Shown piece after piece: positions 29,430 through 45,137 of a DNA stretch of 64,000 nt (position 1 is the first letter of the stretch; each line of letters begins with the position of its first letter). Source of the DNA: Guillardia theta CCMP2712 (Eukaryota; Protista; Cryptophyta); assembly GCF_000315625.1 (NCBI RefSeq), contig NW_005434639.1, positions 594,134 to 658,133 on the forward strand, read 5' to 3'. A model generated the notes under the pieces. It saw only the letters and a list, made by a program, of their open reading frames with translations, searched no databases and had not been told where the DNA came from. The position numbers and the translations under genes were made by a program.

Positions 29430-31472
29430 GGTATGATTTTACGCAGTGGTTCGTTGACGTTGACGGGAGTTATTAGAATTCAGCAAATAGTCCTGAGGTC
29501 CCTTGCATACACGATTGCTTGGGAATGTATCGGGCAGGCCAGGTCCCCGCAGGGAATTATTGCTCGACCCTTACTAGAGGAGATTTGAGGAAATGATGCA
29601 GGAGACAAAGGGTGCCACCAAGTTGGCTAATGGAAGAGCGAGTGCAGTAGGGTCTCCTATCAATGGCTTGATAATGCGAAGAGGAGGAGGAGGCGGATTG
29701 TGCCGCGAGCGCGCAGAAGAGATAGCACCTCAGGGGCAAGGTTGCAAAGCGATATACTGTGATCCATATGGGTGGGTAGTAGTACCTACCATACTAAATT
29801 TGTTTCTACAAAGGTAAATAGAGGGGTACGACCGTATTGACTTTGCTCTTCTATTCCTGTGGGGTGGCACATAGGGTGGCACATGTGACTGGGGTAAATT
29901 AATGTTTCACTGCAGTCCGAGGTTGGGTTGCAGGTCTGTGAGGGGTACTTGCAATATTGGTGGTGGGGGTACTTCCACCACATTGATACAATTCATCTCT
30001 TATGAATGCATATTATAAAAACACAGAGCATAACCTTGCTTGCCGTTGATGAGGGGGTGGGGGTTGAAGGTACTTGAAAATTAGTGGGTACTTGAATTTT
30101 TGAGGTGGGGTACGTGACAAAGAGACTATTTTACTATTTTAGTGATGACGTCCAAAAATTGAAAACTACTCTCTTCAAGATGCAAACCATTATCTCTCGG
30201 AGACCACCCCGAACGGAGTACCCACCCCGTGTGGCATCCACCCCCTACCCCTTGTGGACCATTTCAATACCTATGACCCCCTTTGACAGGACTTTTGGTA
30301 CCGAGAATTTCATTTTCTTAACTGAACTACCTACCCACTGTATTCACAACACCCACCCTACCTCGAATATCTTCGATTTCCCGACAATTCCCTTCGATGC
30401 TTACAAAGAGTGATCGTTGCTGACGCACAGTAAAACGGCAATTTCACTATGGGCTAAGGTAGGTATTCTCTTAAGTGAGTAATTAGACAATCAGGGCAAA
30501 GGGTTCAAGCTGCCTCTGATGGGGAAGGGCCACTGTGACTGTAAGGGTAAGCACATGACCCACAGAATGGATACAACATTTATACTATTAGCTGGTCAGA
30601 GATGAAATAAATGAATTAGGTAATTGTATTGGGTGTTCTGTGATTTCTTTTTTCTTTTTTTTCCTTTTTTTTTACAGGGTGTCCATCTCCACATGGACTC
30701 CCGATTCTCTTTCCAGCGCAAACTAGGAGGTGGGGGTCACCATTGAGGAAGTGAAGCATGGATTTGGTGGGTACTTGAATGACAAAACCATGGGTAGTGA
30801 CGACAGGTTCGCTACTAGTTCGTCGCATGGGTGGGGGGTCATCAAGGGTAGGGTACTTTCATGGCTTCGTAGGGGTGGGGGTGATGAATGTGGGGCGCTG
30901 GGGCTGTAGAATTTTGGCTCGGTTTGGTCACGAGCGGCACCATAAATCTGCAAATCTAAATTTTGCCTCTAAATATTGAAGTATTCACTGATTCTTTACA
31001 ATATTCTGCAGGGCACGCGAAATACTTTGGGATGGGGAGGGTGGCCGGAAATCGTACGGGTGGGGCACAAACCCGGCCACCGAAGAAAGCATGCTGTAAG
31101 GATGCGGGCGTAGTTTGCCTTCATTCGCTCTCCTCCTTTCCCTTCCACTTCCCCCCCTCCCCCTCCCCCCCAGCCACCTCCCCATCCTCTCTGCTACTCG
31201 CTCCTCCCCTCCTCTATCTTTCTCTCATCCCCCTTCTCGGCAGTATAGATCAGAGCCTCTTCGTATCTTGGCAAGAAGTACCTGCCCTGTTCTGGCCCCC
31301 AGTTCATCACAAGACTTCTCCCAGTGAGAACCTTGCTGATCAGTTCAGTGACACTCGTAATCGAAGAGAGCCACTTGGTTCTTCCTGAAAACAGGTGAAA
31401 CCCTCGGAAAAAGGATCTACCCCCTGCTAGTTGGTGTACCCTGTATCAAAACAGTAGGGGGTAGATTTTATC

Positions 31473-32440
31473 ATGAAGCTTCCTTCTCCTCAATCTGGTC
31501 GAACATTGGAGGAGGAACTCAGTATTCTCCTGCAGTTTCAGGAGAAACATGACAACGGAGATTCAGGAGAGATCAACGGCGAAGAGTTGAAGAAGCGTGT
31601 GAGGGTGATCAAGAATCGGATCGCTGCCAAGAAGTCAAGGGAGCAAGCGCGGACTTACGTACAGAAGCTTGAGAGCAGCTTGAATGCTGTCATGGCTCAT
31701 AACGATGTCCTTGCGCGGCGCCTTGCCTTGGTTGAGTCCGAGAATCGATCGCTCAAGCATTCAATGTTCATGACTGGCATGAACTTTCAACCCATGAACA
31801 ACTGTAACCGCGTCGACGAGTCTGCGGCACTCTCGACCTTATCCCTGCTGTTGGATGCGGTTCTGTTCATGATCGCCATGGCCTCCAGTTTCCTTCCTGG
31901 TTTCAGTCTGAGAGCATGGGAGGACAACTCTCCGGTGCACCAGCTCCCGGCTACCCTCAAGCAGGAGACGTGCTCGCTAACATGGACGCGTTCAACATGC
32001 CATGGGCGAGGAGCGCGTCGATGTTTGAGATGGCTCAGGATGGCAGGCCTCTTGCAATGCGTTGCGCACTCGTGCCATCGTTGGGACCCCAAGGTGCCTC
32101 AGCCAGCGACAGCAGCATGAGTCCGAGCCCTGTGCAAGGAGCTGGTGCTGGGGCAACGACTGCTCCTCCTTCCTCTCAATGGCAGAGAGGAGCATACACT
32201 AGTGGCGACGAAGGCTCGGAAGCATCAGAACAAGAACTGGACGTGCCCTCCCGGTCCGTGGAGAGTGTTGAGTCCGGAGCTGCTGCTTCTTCAGTGGAGG
32301 CCTGCGATGTTGACTCTTTCCCTTTGCTGTGCCCGAAGGAGGAGACGAATGAGGTGATTGAAGCTGCCGAGGATGATTTGTTAGACCTTCTCTCCTGCGA
32401 CAGCTCTTGCTCCCCGGAAGACGGCTTGGACTTGTTCTAG
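31473..32440 (+). CDS. bZIP transcription factor, XBP1/HAC1/bZIP60-like. Unspliced form 31473-32120 (215 aa, membrane anchor); predicted spliced form 31473-31824 + 31848-32440 (314 aa, acidic tail)
   Basis: Basic region KKRVRVIKNRIAAKKSREQAR and leucine zipper LESSLNAVMAHNDVLARRLALVESENRSL, followed by ESA and the hydrophobic LSLLLDAVLFMIAMASSFL. An overlapping second frame is joined exactly by a 23-nt excision. Confidence 0.9.
31793..31871 (+). other. Predicted IRE1-type unconventional intron (31825-31847, 23 nt) within a bifurcated stem-loop
   Basis: Hairpins GAGT-CTG|CGGC-ACTC and ATCC-CTG|CTGTT-GGAT. Basal stems AACCGCGTC/GATGCGGTT and CATGAACA/TGTTCATG. No GT-AG ends. Confidence 0.85.
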
Positions 32441-32713
32441 GACTTGAAGTCTGTTTGAAGAAGAGAATAAATTCAGAAAATACAAATTTGCCCCTGCCTC
32501 CCTACTCGTCATCCTGGATCCTCGTACTGTTGCTGTAGCTCCCCTTTGTTGTCTCTTCTGCCTCTCCTCATCCCCCGCCCTCCCTCCCTCCCTCCCCGCA
32601 TTGCACCCCGTCTTCACACATTCCGCCTCTTCCATTATTGCGCCCCGTTTCCCCCTCACTGACCCAGCCCCTCCTGCAACAAACTTTCCTGCCCTGTTGC
32701 ACGCACCGCTACC

Positions 32714-36563
<3,850 letters not shown>

Positions 36564-36696
36564 CTTCCACGTATCCTCTTTACTCAGAGAAACATGCAGA
36601 CTCGAGCTCGAAGACTCCCTTCCCCACATGGCCTTTCACTTCAACTCCCTCCTCCCCCCCTTCCTCCCTCCTCCCCCACCCCCCCCCTCCTCGGGC

Positions 36697-39350
36697 TCAG
36701 AGGGGCGTCTCGAAGTTAAGCGCGCTCTTGTCCTGGTCGCTCTCCCAGTCTGACTCCGACTCGCTGTCCGACGAGCTCTCCTTCCCCTTGTGCTCCACCC
36801 CGTGCGCGCTGCTGACCGCCTGCTGGGCGGCGCTCTTGAGGGCAGCAGCCTTGGACGTCGGCTTCTTCTGCTTGGGGTTGAAACACTCGTTGACGTACCG
36901 CTCGAGCTCCCGCAAAGTCGCGTTGTCAAGCATGTCCATATCGATCTCGATCTCCTCGCTGTTCCCGACGATGTTTGACATCCTCTTCTTGATAATCTCC
37001 ACCACCTTCCCCAGCTTGTCTGGCTCCAGCTTGTTGATATTGAGCCTCAGAGTCCTCTTCTCCTCGAACGTCATGGCCTTGTTGCTCGGCGTCGCCCCAG
37101 TCGGCCTCTTCCTCCCCGTGCTCGCCGACTGCTTCTGCGACTTCTGCTTCACCTCCGCCAGGTCTCTCTGCAGGATCTCCACTTCCCGCATCATCTCCAT
37201 CAGCGTCCTCGATTCTGCTGACCTGCCGGCCGGCAGATCCACCCCTGCTGCCTCCTTCTGTGTGCCTGGCACCTTGGGGAGCTTCTTGATCCTCTTTTCG
37301 GTACTGTCCTTCAGTGCCTTGGCACATTCGTGGACGTCCGTGCCAGCAGGGTTGAAGTACATGGCCTGTCTACATGTCAGCAGCTGCAGGATGGAAGAGG
37401 ACGATGACGAGGAGTTGGGACGGAAGGGAAGGTAAAGATAGTGAGGAGGAGGATGAGAAGGAGGAAGAAGAAACGAGGAGGCAGGGGGACGAAAGGGAGG
37501 AGGAGGAGGAGGGGGAGGAAAGAATTAAGAGAGGAACGCAGAGAGGAGGATAACGACGAGCAGCTGGAGCAGCAGCAGGGAAGCAAGAGTCCTCACGTTG
37601 TCCCACACGAGGTTGATATCTGCCGCCAACGCTTCCACATGATCGTAGCACTCGCTCTCCAGCTTCTCCTTCACCGTCCCCAAGTCCATGGGCTTCTTAA
37701 TGATCTCCATGTACTGGGGGATACCAAGGGCGATGGGATCGACGGGGATGTTGAAGTAGGCAACGCAGGCCTTCTCCTTCATGAGCGTCTCCAGCAGCTT
37801 CTCGCAGTGCAGGTACAAGTTCTTCATCTTCCCCTTGGGAGCCAGCCGGTCCGTCTTTTTGGACTTGCGCCGCTTGCTCGACTCAGGCTTGCTCGCTGTT
37901 AACGTACTCGGCTCCTTCCTCTTCCTATCCTGCCTGCTGCTGTCGAAGCTCCCGCCCGATGACGCGTGCGAGAAGGCATCGGCCACATCCCTCTGCCTGT
38001 TGATGGGAGTGCTGTAGAAGGGAGAGCCTGGAGCTCTCGCCCACCCTGCTGGGCTCGCAGCTGGGAGAAACTTGGGGGCTGCAACTACATTGCAAACTCC
38101 TCCGTTGATCTTTTTCAGTTGTGCGTTGATCCTTCTAAGACGATCCTGCAGATGAGGAGTGAGATGAAGAGCGCAAGGAGGAGTGAGGGAGAGGGAGAGA
38201 AGGAGAAGATCAACAGGAGCGAGAGGTGAAGAGAGGCAAGCACCTGCAACTGTTTCTTTCTTTCCGTCCAGGGGTTGTTGCTGACAGGAGGCTCTGCTTG
38301 CAGCAAAGGCCTTTGCGCTGAGACAGCCTTGGGCTTGTGCATCTGCCGGGCTGGAGTCGTTGGCTCGTTAGGCGGACTGTGGCCTGCAGTAGGCATGTGA
38401 GGTAACGCAAGGGACAAGGGAAGAACGGGAGGGAGAGGGAGGGAGGCGGGGAGAAAGGAACGGAGGAGATGCATAGAAGAGACCAGGAGAGATTGAGATT
38501 AAGGAATATGCTGGTCTCACCGAAGTGATTGCTCTTCTTTCTCTCCCTCTTTGCAGGCAGCAGCTCAGGAGGTTTTGACGGATTCTGCAACACAGGCTCC
38601 AGGTTGTATCCTTTCTGCAGTTTCGTACGCTTTGCCTCCTCCACTGTCAGGATGACTTCACCCTTTGCGGGGGTCAAGACCTGTTGGGCAGCCGCTTCAC
38701 TGGACCTGAACATACAATGGCAACTTACAACCTGCTGCCCAGAGTTTTGATCTTGCATTGTCGACTGGGGCACTGAAGGAGAGGACGGCAGTCGCAGTCA
38801 ACTTGGCTCCGTCCGATTTCCTCCTGCCTGATGAGAGACCTTGCAGTACTTGACAGCAAAGTAAGATCTCCCCTTCAAACACAGGAAACAGAGATGAAGC
38901 CGGAAACTGCCCGAGCGGAGGAATACTGTGAGCAAGAGTAGAGCTACAGCTGAAGGGAGAGATAAAGCTGGGAGGCCTCCTTGAAACTCTAAATCGGATG
39001 GAAGGACCAAGAAATCAAGCCTCAGGAACTAAGACCTCTGCTTTGAACCCTGGTTGATGATGGAATTCTAATCCCTCTATGAAAACCAGGCTCTTGCTCG
39101 CTGTTGACCAAAGCTTCCAATCTCGGGGCTACCGCTACGCACACTTCCTCTAAACGAGAATGAGCATAGATGATTGCAGCCTCTTCCTGTTCTGACTCCA
39201 CAGACTGTCAAGCAGACAGATGTATCAAACTGACAACAAAAAGCAGGTAATTGTAATCTAGATGTCCACGTCAGCAATTTGAAGTGACAAATGCAAGCCT
39301 CACCAAGATTGCTGTGATGATCACAATCAGTGAACGCGTCGATACATCAG
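36697..39350 (-). CDS. BET/GTE-family bromodomain + ET (NET) domain protein, multi-exon
   Basis: Bromodomain YFNIPVDPIALGIPQYMEIIKKPMDLGTVKEKL..DINLVWDN/AMYFNP..DVH. ET domain MTFEEKRTLRLNINKLEPDKLGKVVEII..EIEIDMDMLDNATLRELERYV. 5' end uncertain. Confidence 0.88.
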
Positions 39351-40629
39351 ACCGCCGAATTCAGAGAATGTTCTCCCTGTCTCTATCTCTCTCTTTCTCT
39401 TCCTCTCTTGTAGTCGCGAGATTAAACGAGAAGATGGAGATCAGATGCTGACAGGAGTGTTGTCAGCGACGAGGTCAAGGTCGATTGTTGATCTGCAGCA
39501 AGGTCTGAGTCAGATATCACTAGTCTACTTCTTTGATGAATTTTCTGTTCAAAAATCGACATATCTATGAACATACATCAAACATCACTTCTCGTCATTT
39601 GAGTGCAGCTGAAAGAGCAGAAGCAAAAGCACGGTTTGAACAGCTCATCAAACTTGTCTCGTCTGAGGGTTTGTACAAGCTGAGAAATGATGGCTTCTCA
39701 TTCTACCTTCTCATTCTACCTTTCTGGGAGAAAATCAGGCACTGTTTTCGTGTCCTTGCTAACTGTCTTGCTATTTCATACAGCTAAGTCGAACTTCCAC
39801 CCTGTGCACCACCGCCATCACGCATACCCGGTGACACACTTCCTGCCGTTCAAATGATATATACAGTCATCGCGCGACCAAGTGTAGGCTCATCAAGACA
39901 ACACACAGATTATTGAAAAGGAACGATGACACATCAAACAAGAAAGTCAAAGATGGCCATGTTTGAAGCCGTATCAACCGCATTCGGTCGTGCACGATCA
40001 ACGGTTGCGTGCGACCTAAAGCACCCTTCTTTGGTTCGGTCACACCTGCTGCTCAAACATTGTTCAGGCACACCTGACTCCCTTCCTATCGATAGTTATG
40101 AACTACAATGTCTCTTCCTCGCCACGACGGCCGAAATACTCAACATGGTCCCCCTCAACGCCCTCGCAAGCCTGTCCTGCCTTTGAATTGAACTTACTGG
40201 CCCTTCCCTTCCCGTTCAAACTGCCTCTCCTTCCAGTTCTTCAGGTCCTGAACGACCCCTTAGACTCAAGTGAATGAATTCATCTCCTCCGTCGTCCTGT
40301 TCTTCGCCTCCTGCCGCTCCTCCTCTTGCCTCCCCGCCTTGGTCCCCTCCCACCATTGCTGCGCGCCCTCCTCTGAGACCGTTACATCCTTTTAACGCGT
40401 GATTTCATTACTCAATTGATGGTTCAGAGTGGGGTGGGGTACTTATGGAGGGGTAGTAGTGACAGAGGGATACCAAGCATCCTCATAAGTGGGTACTTTA
40501 CAAGGGGTAATATTGGGGTACAAAGAGGGAAGTAATGGGGTCCACGAGCAAGGGGCACACTAGGGGGTAGTCTGAGATGTTTGGGGTTCTGCTGAGATCA
40601 GTGATGGTGGGGTAGGCCCACTGTAGTAA

Positions 40630-41150
40630 ACTTCTGGTGCCCGGGCCCGCATCATCCGAGGCTCAGTCTGCTGTCGGGTTGCCCTCGGATCAACCGGGTT
40701 GGCCGGGCCGCGCCCGCCGGCTGGCCGGGCCCCAGTGGGGCCGGCCCCGGCAGCCGGCGGTGCCCACTGGCCATCCGCCGTCGGAGGCTCACTGAGTCAC
40801 CCCGGTCACGTCGCGGCCGGGGGCCGGCCCCCCCGGGCCCCGGGGCGCGGTTGAAGCCTACCGGGGGGGCCGGTCAGTCAGGGCCGCGCTGAAAGCACTG
40901 CACCCGGTGCCGCGCCGCTGTGCCGTCGGGCCCGGCCCGGACGGCCGACCGTACGGCCCGGTGCCGCCGCGCCCGGCCCGTTCCGACGATCGGGACCCGG
41001 CGACAGTCCGCCGGGCCGCGGGCCGGCCGCATCACTGATCACTGCGGCCCTGGCATTGGCATGTGAGTCAGTTCTTACCGTACCGTGACTGGCGAGTCCG
41101 AGCTCTCAACGTGACCCGGGCGGCGGGCAACTTGCCCTCCGTGACTGGGC
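40630..41150. repeat. GC/CpG-rich intergenic island
   Basis: Extreme GC content, CCGG/GGCC-dense, flanked by GGGGTA-rich DNA. Confidence 0.5.
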
Positions 41151-42905
41151 CAACGGTTTTAGCATAGGGAAGCAAGTACCCCACCTCTCTATATCTCCTG
41201 AAACACACCGGTCATACTATGACTGGAGCGTCGCAACACTGACAGGAGGGGTGGTTGTCTAGACCATTGAGACCTCGAGTAGGGGTGGGGTGATCATGAA
41301 CTGAAACTTTTGAAACGAACTTCTCGTGCCGGAAGGAGTGAAGAGGTGAGGTAAAGTACCCGGTAGTTTCATAGGATGTGGGGTAGGGTAGTGAGAAAAC
41401 TGTGTCTTTGGGGGGTGGGGAAACCAAGGGAGGGATTCAAACCATGGGGTGGGGTACTTCAATTTCTGGAGGTTCTAGCGAAGGGGAGGTCCGTCAACAG
41501 GCACTCAAACAATTAGATTAATTGGAGAATGGAGGGGTGGGTGATTATAACAAACTGTCCATACAGGGGTAGGTACCCCCACCCCCAATTGTATCAGCGA
41601 AACTCCTCCCATCCTCCCAACAAATTCAAATACTTTGCTCCTACCACCCCAAACTTATCGATCTAGATACGTACTTTGTATGGGGTGGAAGGGTGGGTGG
41701 GTAATAAGCTATTTTGTAAGGGGGGGTGTTATTGATGCAACGAGAGGCGGTGGGTAGTCAGAATTTGCCAATTTGTCTCAGGGGTGGTACCCCCTACCAT
41801 TCCCCTTTCACTCCAACTCCGAGTGATATGAATCACCCCCATAAATATATGCAAAAGTACCCCACCTTTCTAGGACACATAGTACCCCAAGGCATCCTGG
41901 ACCCAGGTTCTTGAATTCATTACTTTGCCAGGGAGTAAAGAGGTGGGGTACATGACGGGGAGAAGAAGCAAGGAACGAAAGGGATGATAGTTCTATAACG
42001 CAGCAGAGAAACGAATCCGATCTACCTGGTACTAGAGTGGGAGGCCAAATTCTCCAAGTATGGTACGACACAAGCAAAATAGGTTACAAATAAAGTAGCA
42101 GAGATAACATTAAGACAACGTTTTGATTATATAATACACAATTATAAGAGAGACCTTGCCCGTGTAGGAGAAAATTGAAGTACCGGTAGTAAATACACAA
42201 TAATGCTTGAAATAAGGGGGGGTACCGTCAGTAAAGGATTTGATTCTTTTTTCTCGTTCCTTGAGTATGTTCACGAGATACCGATCCTTGCCTAATGGGG
42301 TCACAACGAAACATCAGGGGTGGGTGTGATACGGAAGTTGATGATGATAGGGTAGGTAGTATCAAAAGCAGTTGGTTCCAGACTAAAAGGTGGGTATATG
42401 ACACATAAATTGGGGGTAGGGGTATAGCACTTGGAGCAAAAATACGGGATTCGTGGGTGTAGGGGTAGTATAGAATGGACGGAGCAAAAGGGTAGGGTAT
42501 CTATAGAAAACGGGTAGGGTGGATTTTCCCAGGGACGCCAGTGGCATGCACATACCAGAGCGAAAAGAACAAGAGAAGAGAAGAGAAGAGACGAGAAGCT
42601 GCGAAGAGAAAGAGGAAGGGACGAGAGACGAAAAAAACAAGTGATTGATCCTCCTGCTCAGAAAGCCAAGGCAACTGAGAACTTTGGTAGTTCGAGAGCA
42701 AAGCGGTTTACCCAGCAAGACTGGATTGAAGTGCATCGGTTGTGGTACCTATCGCACTTGTTCCTTTGGAGACTCCTCGACGGTTGAACTTGAGAAACTG
42801 GTTGAAACAATTACAGGAGATATTCACATCAATCGGGATACAATTCTTTTGATTTGTCACAAATACTTTCAAAACTTATCGCAATCCGCCTACTGCAACT
42901 TCAAC

Positions 42906-43834
42906 ATGTCTAGTTTGGGAGTGCATTCGGGAATGTCTAAAACAACGAAACAACCCAGCAACAGGAGCGTGTCAAAGATCCTCGGGCGCTCGTTGAGGAG
43001 AAGGATCCAAAGAACCAAGAGACAGCTCATTCCGAGAGCAAGCAGGAGAATGTCTCCAACGTTGGACATTTTTGACTATACTGGTAAGATCGCATGCTAT
43101 GTGTAATGTGAACACAATTTGTCTTATCCTCTACGGCAGATTCCACATACGTCCAGCAAGACACCTACCAGTACCCGAGGTCCTTCCAGTCAGACTTCTT
43201 CGACAGCGAGGGGAGGGTGGTTGCTGGCATCGACTACGACGTGAAGGTGATGGAGCCAATGGTGTATCGTCCCATCACAGCGAGAGAAGTTCTCATGGGA
43301 TCAGAAGTGCGCCAACACGGATGGAACGGAAGGATGAGCACAGAGGTTGCCAGCAATTTTCCAACTCGGCGGGACGCTTCCTCGTCGGTGGCTGCCCAAC
43401 ATGACGCGTCAATCGACGCTGGGAGTGACATGAACAGTTATGATGCCGAGACTATGTCTCCTTCGGAAGAGCCTTACGTCGAGACGAAGCAGGAGATGCC
43501 TGAGGAGCAGCCAAGAACATGGCAGGAACCCGACAGGGCCTCGTTCAAGACCGAGACTGAGCGGACTCCCTCGTCGCTGGGAGAAGAAGGTTCCGTGGGG
43601 ACTTCGTTCCCGTCCACTCCCTCCGACGAGAGCATCGTCCCTCCCAGCATCTACTCAGAGACCACGTGCGATGACTTCTCCATGGAGGAGTGCGACCTGC
43701 AAGCCCTGATAGGAGGAGGAGATGACTTCCACTCCACCGAGGACTACGAGCTCATGAACCTCGGAGAGGCCGGAGAAGGTCAGGACGTTCATCCATGGGG
43801 CTGGCTGCAGCCTGACCTCTCCATTCAAACTTAA
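42906..43834 (+). CDS. Hypothetical two-exon protein with basic N-terminus and acidic C-terminus
   Basis: ATG 42906 and a GT-AG intron at ~43084-43139 join ORFs 42645-43106 and 43217-43834 in frame. Confidence 0.6.
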
Positions 43835-43924
43835 TCCCTTGTTGTGTTTCAAGTGTATTCTTTCAGTTTTTGAACGTTTATCCCTTATCCGTCTATGCCC
43901 GTAAGTCAAAGCTCGTCCTGATAG

Positions 43925-44043
43925 GATCCTCACCCACAAACCACATCCCTCCTGCCGTGGACATCCCCCTCCCCGGGCCGCCATTGGTAGCTGCCTCCCT
44001 CCTGTACGTACACCAGCAGCGGCGTCACGGTCTGCATGGCCAT
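43925..44043 (-). pseudogene. Tandem partial copy of the last exon of the TBP-like gene
   Basis: Near-identical to 44110-44223 and to the reverse complement of 54493-54606. Confidence 0.8.
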
Positions 44044-44053
44044 GAATATCATC

Positions 44054-44943
44054 ACAAATAAAGACAAACATTCATTTAATCACACTCGTCAATAATACTT
44101 GATCCCTAGGATTCACCCAAAAACCACATCCCTCCTGCCTTGGACTTCCCGCTCCCCGGGCCGTCAGCGGTAGCTGCCTCCCTCCTGTACGTACACCAGC
44201 AGCGGCATCACGGTCTGCATGGCGAGCGACAGGTCGCCGAGTCTCTTCGCCCCGAAGATCTGCACACTCTGCCGCTGAATGCGCACAGTCACCTGCTCGC
44301 ACGCGTCAGTCGCCCGCTCCCTCCCCTCCCGCCTCCGTCACCTTGAGCCACTCGAGCTTGACCTTGATGCCCGTTGCCAGCTCGGGCTCGTAGGTAGCCG
44401 GGTGCTTGCGGGCGAGGCTGAGGTAGGACCTCTCTCTGTCGATGAAGCCCCTCGTCTCGAAGCCCCCGATCGTGTTGACGAGCCTGAACTTGTCGAAGCC
44501 TCGCACCTCCTCGATGATCCTCGCGATCCTCCTCACCACCCTCCTCATCAGGGTCAAGGCCGCCGACTCGGACTTGGCTCCTGCCAGCCGGATGCTTCCG
44601 GTGTCGAAGACGGTGGCGGAGGCAGAGCAGTCCTTGAACCAGAAAGTGACGGCGAAGCAGTTCTTGAGGTCTCCCCTGTACTGAACGTTCTTCAGCTTGC
44701 GAGCCAGCAGCCGCGTGTCGAGGCGGAGAGGGCCCTTGATCCTGGCGAGCGCGACTACGTTGTGACTGGGAGCGGTACGAGGTCAGCGAGCAGGAGGGAC
44801 GGACGATCTTGGACGACTCACATGCGGATGTGGGGCGAGAAGCTCGCTTCCTCCGACTCGATCTTGACCACGCTGAGACACACCATCACGAGTGTGGCTA
44901 GACGCACACGCAAGCTCACCTGGAGAGTCCGGATGCCATGCTG
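44054..44943. repeat. Left arm of outer inverted repeat (partner 53773-54664)
   Basis: Near-identical reverse complement, including introns and 3' flank. Confidence 0.92.
44164..44939 (-). CDS. Divergent TBP-like protein, left copy (3 introns)
   Basis: Spliced: MASGLSSVVKIESEEASFSPHIRIHNVVALARIKGPLRLDTRLLARKLKNVQY..ATVFDTGSIRLAGAKSE..FRLVNTIGG..TYEPELATG..QIFGAKR..VMPLL. Collinear with both TBP repeats. Confidence 0.8.
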
Positions 44944-44959
44944 ATCGCGATAGAGAGGA

Positions 44960-45130
44960 GAGTAGACGAGTAGAAGATTAGTGTAGACGAGTAGACGAGT
45001 AGACGAGTTGAAGATTAGTGTAGACGAGTAGACGCGTAGACGAGTTGAAAATTAGTGTAGACGAGTGGACGCGTAGAAGAATAGAGGAGTAGATGAGTAG
45101 GAGATAAGTGTAGATGAGCAGACGAGTGAA
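44960..45130. repeat. Degenerate (TAGACGAG)n minisatellite upstream of left TBP-like copy
   Basis: Direct observation. The unit matches intron-1 sequence of the right copy (gtctactcg, ctactaatct). Confidence 0.8.
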
Positions 45131-45137
45131 TAGATAT

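Noticed and set aside
31825-31847. Spliceosomal intron or sequencing frameshift explaining the overlapping bZIP ORFs
   Set aside because: The ends are CG..TG rather than GT..AG, it is far shorter than local introns, and the twin consensus loops plus basal stem are unlikely from an error.
44960-45130. CRISPR-like repeat array
   Set aside because: Degenerate 8-bp minisatellite with no unique spacers; eukaryotic context and no cas genes.
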